Below, in pieces: positions 61,011 through 64,000 of a stretch of DNA of 64,000 nt. Source of the stretch: Octopus vulgaris. Its lineage: Eukaryota. A model generated the notes under the pieces. It made no database searches and was not told where the DNA came from. It worked only from the letters and a program-made list of their open reading frames with translations. The stretch spans positions 66,464,001 through 66,528,000 of the forward strand of contig OX597814.1 in NCBI GenBank assembly GCA_951406725.2. Direction: 5' to 3'. Position 1 is the stretch's first letter; the number at the start of each line of letters is the position of its first letter. The position numbers and the translations under genes are program-made.

Positions 61011-61993
61011 TTTCTCATTCCGTACTTAATTTATCGATCTCAAAAGGACGAAAAGCAAAGTCGGACTCGACGGCATTTCAACTCAGAACGTCAGGAGCTA
61101 GAGTTGAAATATATACAGACATGCATCTTTTTATCTTGTACTTGTTTTTGTCATTGGACTGCAGCCATGATGGGGCACTGATTTGAAGGATTTTAATCGA
61201 ACAAATCAAGCTCTTGACTTATTTTTTATTCTGGTACTTATTTTATAATTGGGACGTAAACACACCAACACCGGTTATCAAAATGTGGGATAGGGACAAA
61301 GGCATAATGATACACAAAAACACTTACACACACGCGCGCGCGCGCACACACATTCACAGTTTCACTAACATGATGCTGGTTGACCCGGGGATATAGTAAT
61401 AGACACCTGCTGAAGATGCCACGCATTAAGACTGAATCTGAAATCACTTGGTTTCAAAGCTGACTGCTTAATCACACAGCCAGACCTGCGCCTTCATATG
61501 TATAGATAAACATTACCGACTACATATATTTAACGCAGACGTGTTGCGTATTTGCCGGTAAGATGCAATTCGGTGTGGTGGGGATTCTGTGAAAACTATG
61601 TGCTAGTATTCTTATGTATGCATTGTCCAGGCATACCAGCACATATTTTTCGCACTATACACATATAAATCGTGGACTGGCGATATGATTCATCTCCGAT
61701 TCGGTTAGGGAACGTGATATTGATAAGCCACAAAAATAGCGAAACATCGATGTCCATCACTCCTGAATGGGATCTGGGTAAGTTATCTCACCTGTCCTAA
61801 ACTCTCTGGTTTCTTAGCACCCGGTACTTTGAGAGTAATCTCCACCACGCTATACCACAGCCTACCAGCAAATACACACAGCATGTACGTTAAGTATAAC
61901 GTTTATTACATTACTGTTGCTTCTATTTCATATTTGGATACATACACACACACACACACACATATATATATTTATATATAAACACACATACAC

Positions 61994-62032
<39 letters not shown>

Positions 62033-62749
62033 AATGTGTGTATATATATATTACAAACACACACGCACACACGCACACACGTGTGAGCGTGTCTCTGTGT
62101 TGACACAGACATGTAGAATATTATTCTTTCTTTTCCTTCCACCTCTCTTACGCATTCGGTTATTTTGCACTACCGACCAACATGAAAACCGCTCGAGTGG
62201 GTCAACGAATAAATGAATGAAAAAAATAAGGAATGAATTAATTACCAAAGTAATTAATCGGTCAGTTACTTAAGTCATTAATTAATGCTCATTAAGAATT
62301 ATATACTCATAAAGTAATGCATTCAATAAGATTAAAAGAAAGCATATGGAAAACATGTAAAGTATGGGCAATTGGACAATTGTACATGCGTACGAATATG
62401 TATAAGTTTTATTTTTGTAGCTTTAATGCAACCGTTTTTGTTTACATATTCCACTTTTTCTCCAAGAGACTTTAAGTAAACAATTAGTATTTTTTCAGTG
62501 GTTTAGGTCTCTTTTTCAAGTTTTTTTTTTGTTTTTCATGTCCATATGTTATAATTGCAAAACATTGTGCATCATATACACGTAGGCGAAAGCAAGTTTA
62601 GGTGTGTGCATTTGTGTGCGTGAGTGTGTGTGTGTGTTTATGTATTTGTGTACGTGTGTGTATGCATATATGTGTCTCTTCATATGTATGTGAGTGTGTG
62701 TGTGTGTGTGTGCGTGTGTGTGTCAGTACACTTGTCAACACAACTGGCA

Positions 62750-62875
62750 ACGGTCAGTTCGTCGGTGACTAACCCAAAGAATACCTCTCCCATGTTAGCC
62801 TTGAGAGGAGAAATCTCGTAGGGCAAAACAAAACCCGTTAAAAGGACGGATAAACGCAGCATAGGGTCAACGTCA
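62750..62875 (+). mobile_element. Diverged 5' fragment related to the RTE-like unit at 27.6-28.9 kb
   Basis: GTCGGTGACTAACCC..AAAACCCGTTAAAAGGACGGA..GGTCAACG versus GTCGGCGACTAAACC..AAAACCCGTCAAAGGGCGGA..AGTCAACG. Confidence 0.55.
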
Positions 62876-64000
62876 ATCTATTATACAACAGAATGCAAGT
62901 GTTATTAGGCCCCTAAAAGTGCTTTTTCGAGCTTATGAGTAAGCATCTTTCACAGAAATAAATACCAAATGCAGTCTAGTGCAGAATAATTCACCTCATG
63001 GGCTGATGGCTGCTCTTTAGCCTTGGCTGAGAAACTATCAAGAGAATGGAAATGTCTTTATAAGTATATCTGATCATTCATGAACAGGCTGTATTAGAAA
63101 TCACTACAAATGATGCGCTGATACAACTGTAATGATTTGTAATAAAGCCTGTTCATTCCATCTTCTCGTATAAAAATTCTTTTGTATACACTCTACGGAT
63201 ACTTGCGTATTTCCACATGTATATTCAAGTAAAAGAAGTCCTACTTCTTTTCGCTGAGTATTCCGTCGTTGCTGGGCAATTTTCACGATAGACCTTTAGT
63301 TCAATTTTTCACAATAGATTACTCTTGATCAAGGCAGGTTGCTGCATTATTTGGGAGAATTTATTATGTATCGATAAACTAAATTTTTGTGTTTCAATTT
63401 GGTGCATAGATGTAAGGATCATATCAGTTCGCTGCTGATGCTTTGTAAGGAACTTTCGACTCTGTCAGTCTAATAAAATTCCTTATACACACGCACACAC
63501 ACATGCGCGCGCGCGCACACACACACGCGCGCGCGCGCGAGCACGCACACACGCACGCACACACACACACAGCATGAGTGATATACATATCTAAGGAGTG
63601 AGTGTGGTAAATATATGTATATAGAGGAGAGAAAGTATACAATGAGAAAAACGTAAAAGAAAGAGATAGACAAAGAGAGTAATCATTTCTGTTGCTGTCA
63701 TAGATTTTGAAATATTGAAATTAAGAGAAAATGTTCAAATTTGGTATTTTGATGTACTTTTTCCCACTGAATCCGATTTTGTGATTTATTCATTCCCGGA
63801 AAATTTCAGGAAAATGTTACAGAGATTTAAAGTTTGATCATTTTTACCCAATCAGAAAACAGGATTTGGAAGGTAACACTTTCTGCGCGATAGCTGTCTA
63901 TCATAAAATAAAAGTGAACATTACAAGTTTTAAACAAAATGAAAGCAAGATATGTGTCATATAAAGAAAGGGGGAGGGTCAGCAGGTGGGAGAGATATAC

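Noticed and set aside
62995-63030. Minus-strand ..SAHE/GTGAAT as the zinc-binding exon of the ADAMTS
   Set aside because: The upstream residues (AKAKEQPS) do not resemble the GLxxAFTxAHExGH context. No catalytic exon was found in 57423-64000.

Overview
Eukaryotic, AT-rich, microsatellite-dense genomic DNA. The repeat landscape (two abundant tRNA-headed SINE families, Penelope-like elements, R4/Dong fragments, very dense (TA)n/(CA)n/(TACA)n/(ATT)n) suggests an octopus or other coleoid cephalopod; this is an inference. The whole window lies inside one minus-strand ADAMTS16/18-like gene. I could splice 11 consecutive GT-AG exons (57422 down to 10334, 1573 nt, all phases compatible). They encode the end of the metalloprotease domain, the disintegrin-like domain, TSR1, the Cys-rich domain, the spacer and further TSRs. 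Both gene ends lie outside the window. The introns hold a 5'-truncated but open-frame Penelope-like element (RT + GIY-YIG), a decayed FLYWCH-MULE (Phantom-like) transposon with TIRs and TSD, R4/Dong, RTE, CR1 and Tc1/mariner remnants, a Helentron-type non-autonomous element, an 856-bp palindromic MITE with TTAGGG repeats, and many SINEs. The most notable signal is a 358-nt, terminally redundant, highly structured non-coding unit inside (ATT)n that carries a minimal hammerhead ribozyme with a compensatory U3-A8 core (retrozyme-like). Also notable are a second minimal hammerhead in the Penelope 3' region and a 714-bp duplication whose copy-specific changes put an ATG in frame with the truncated Penelope ORF. 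Almost all short ORFs in the supplied track are microsatellite artefacts.
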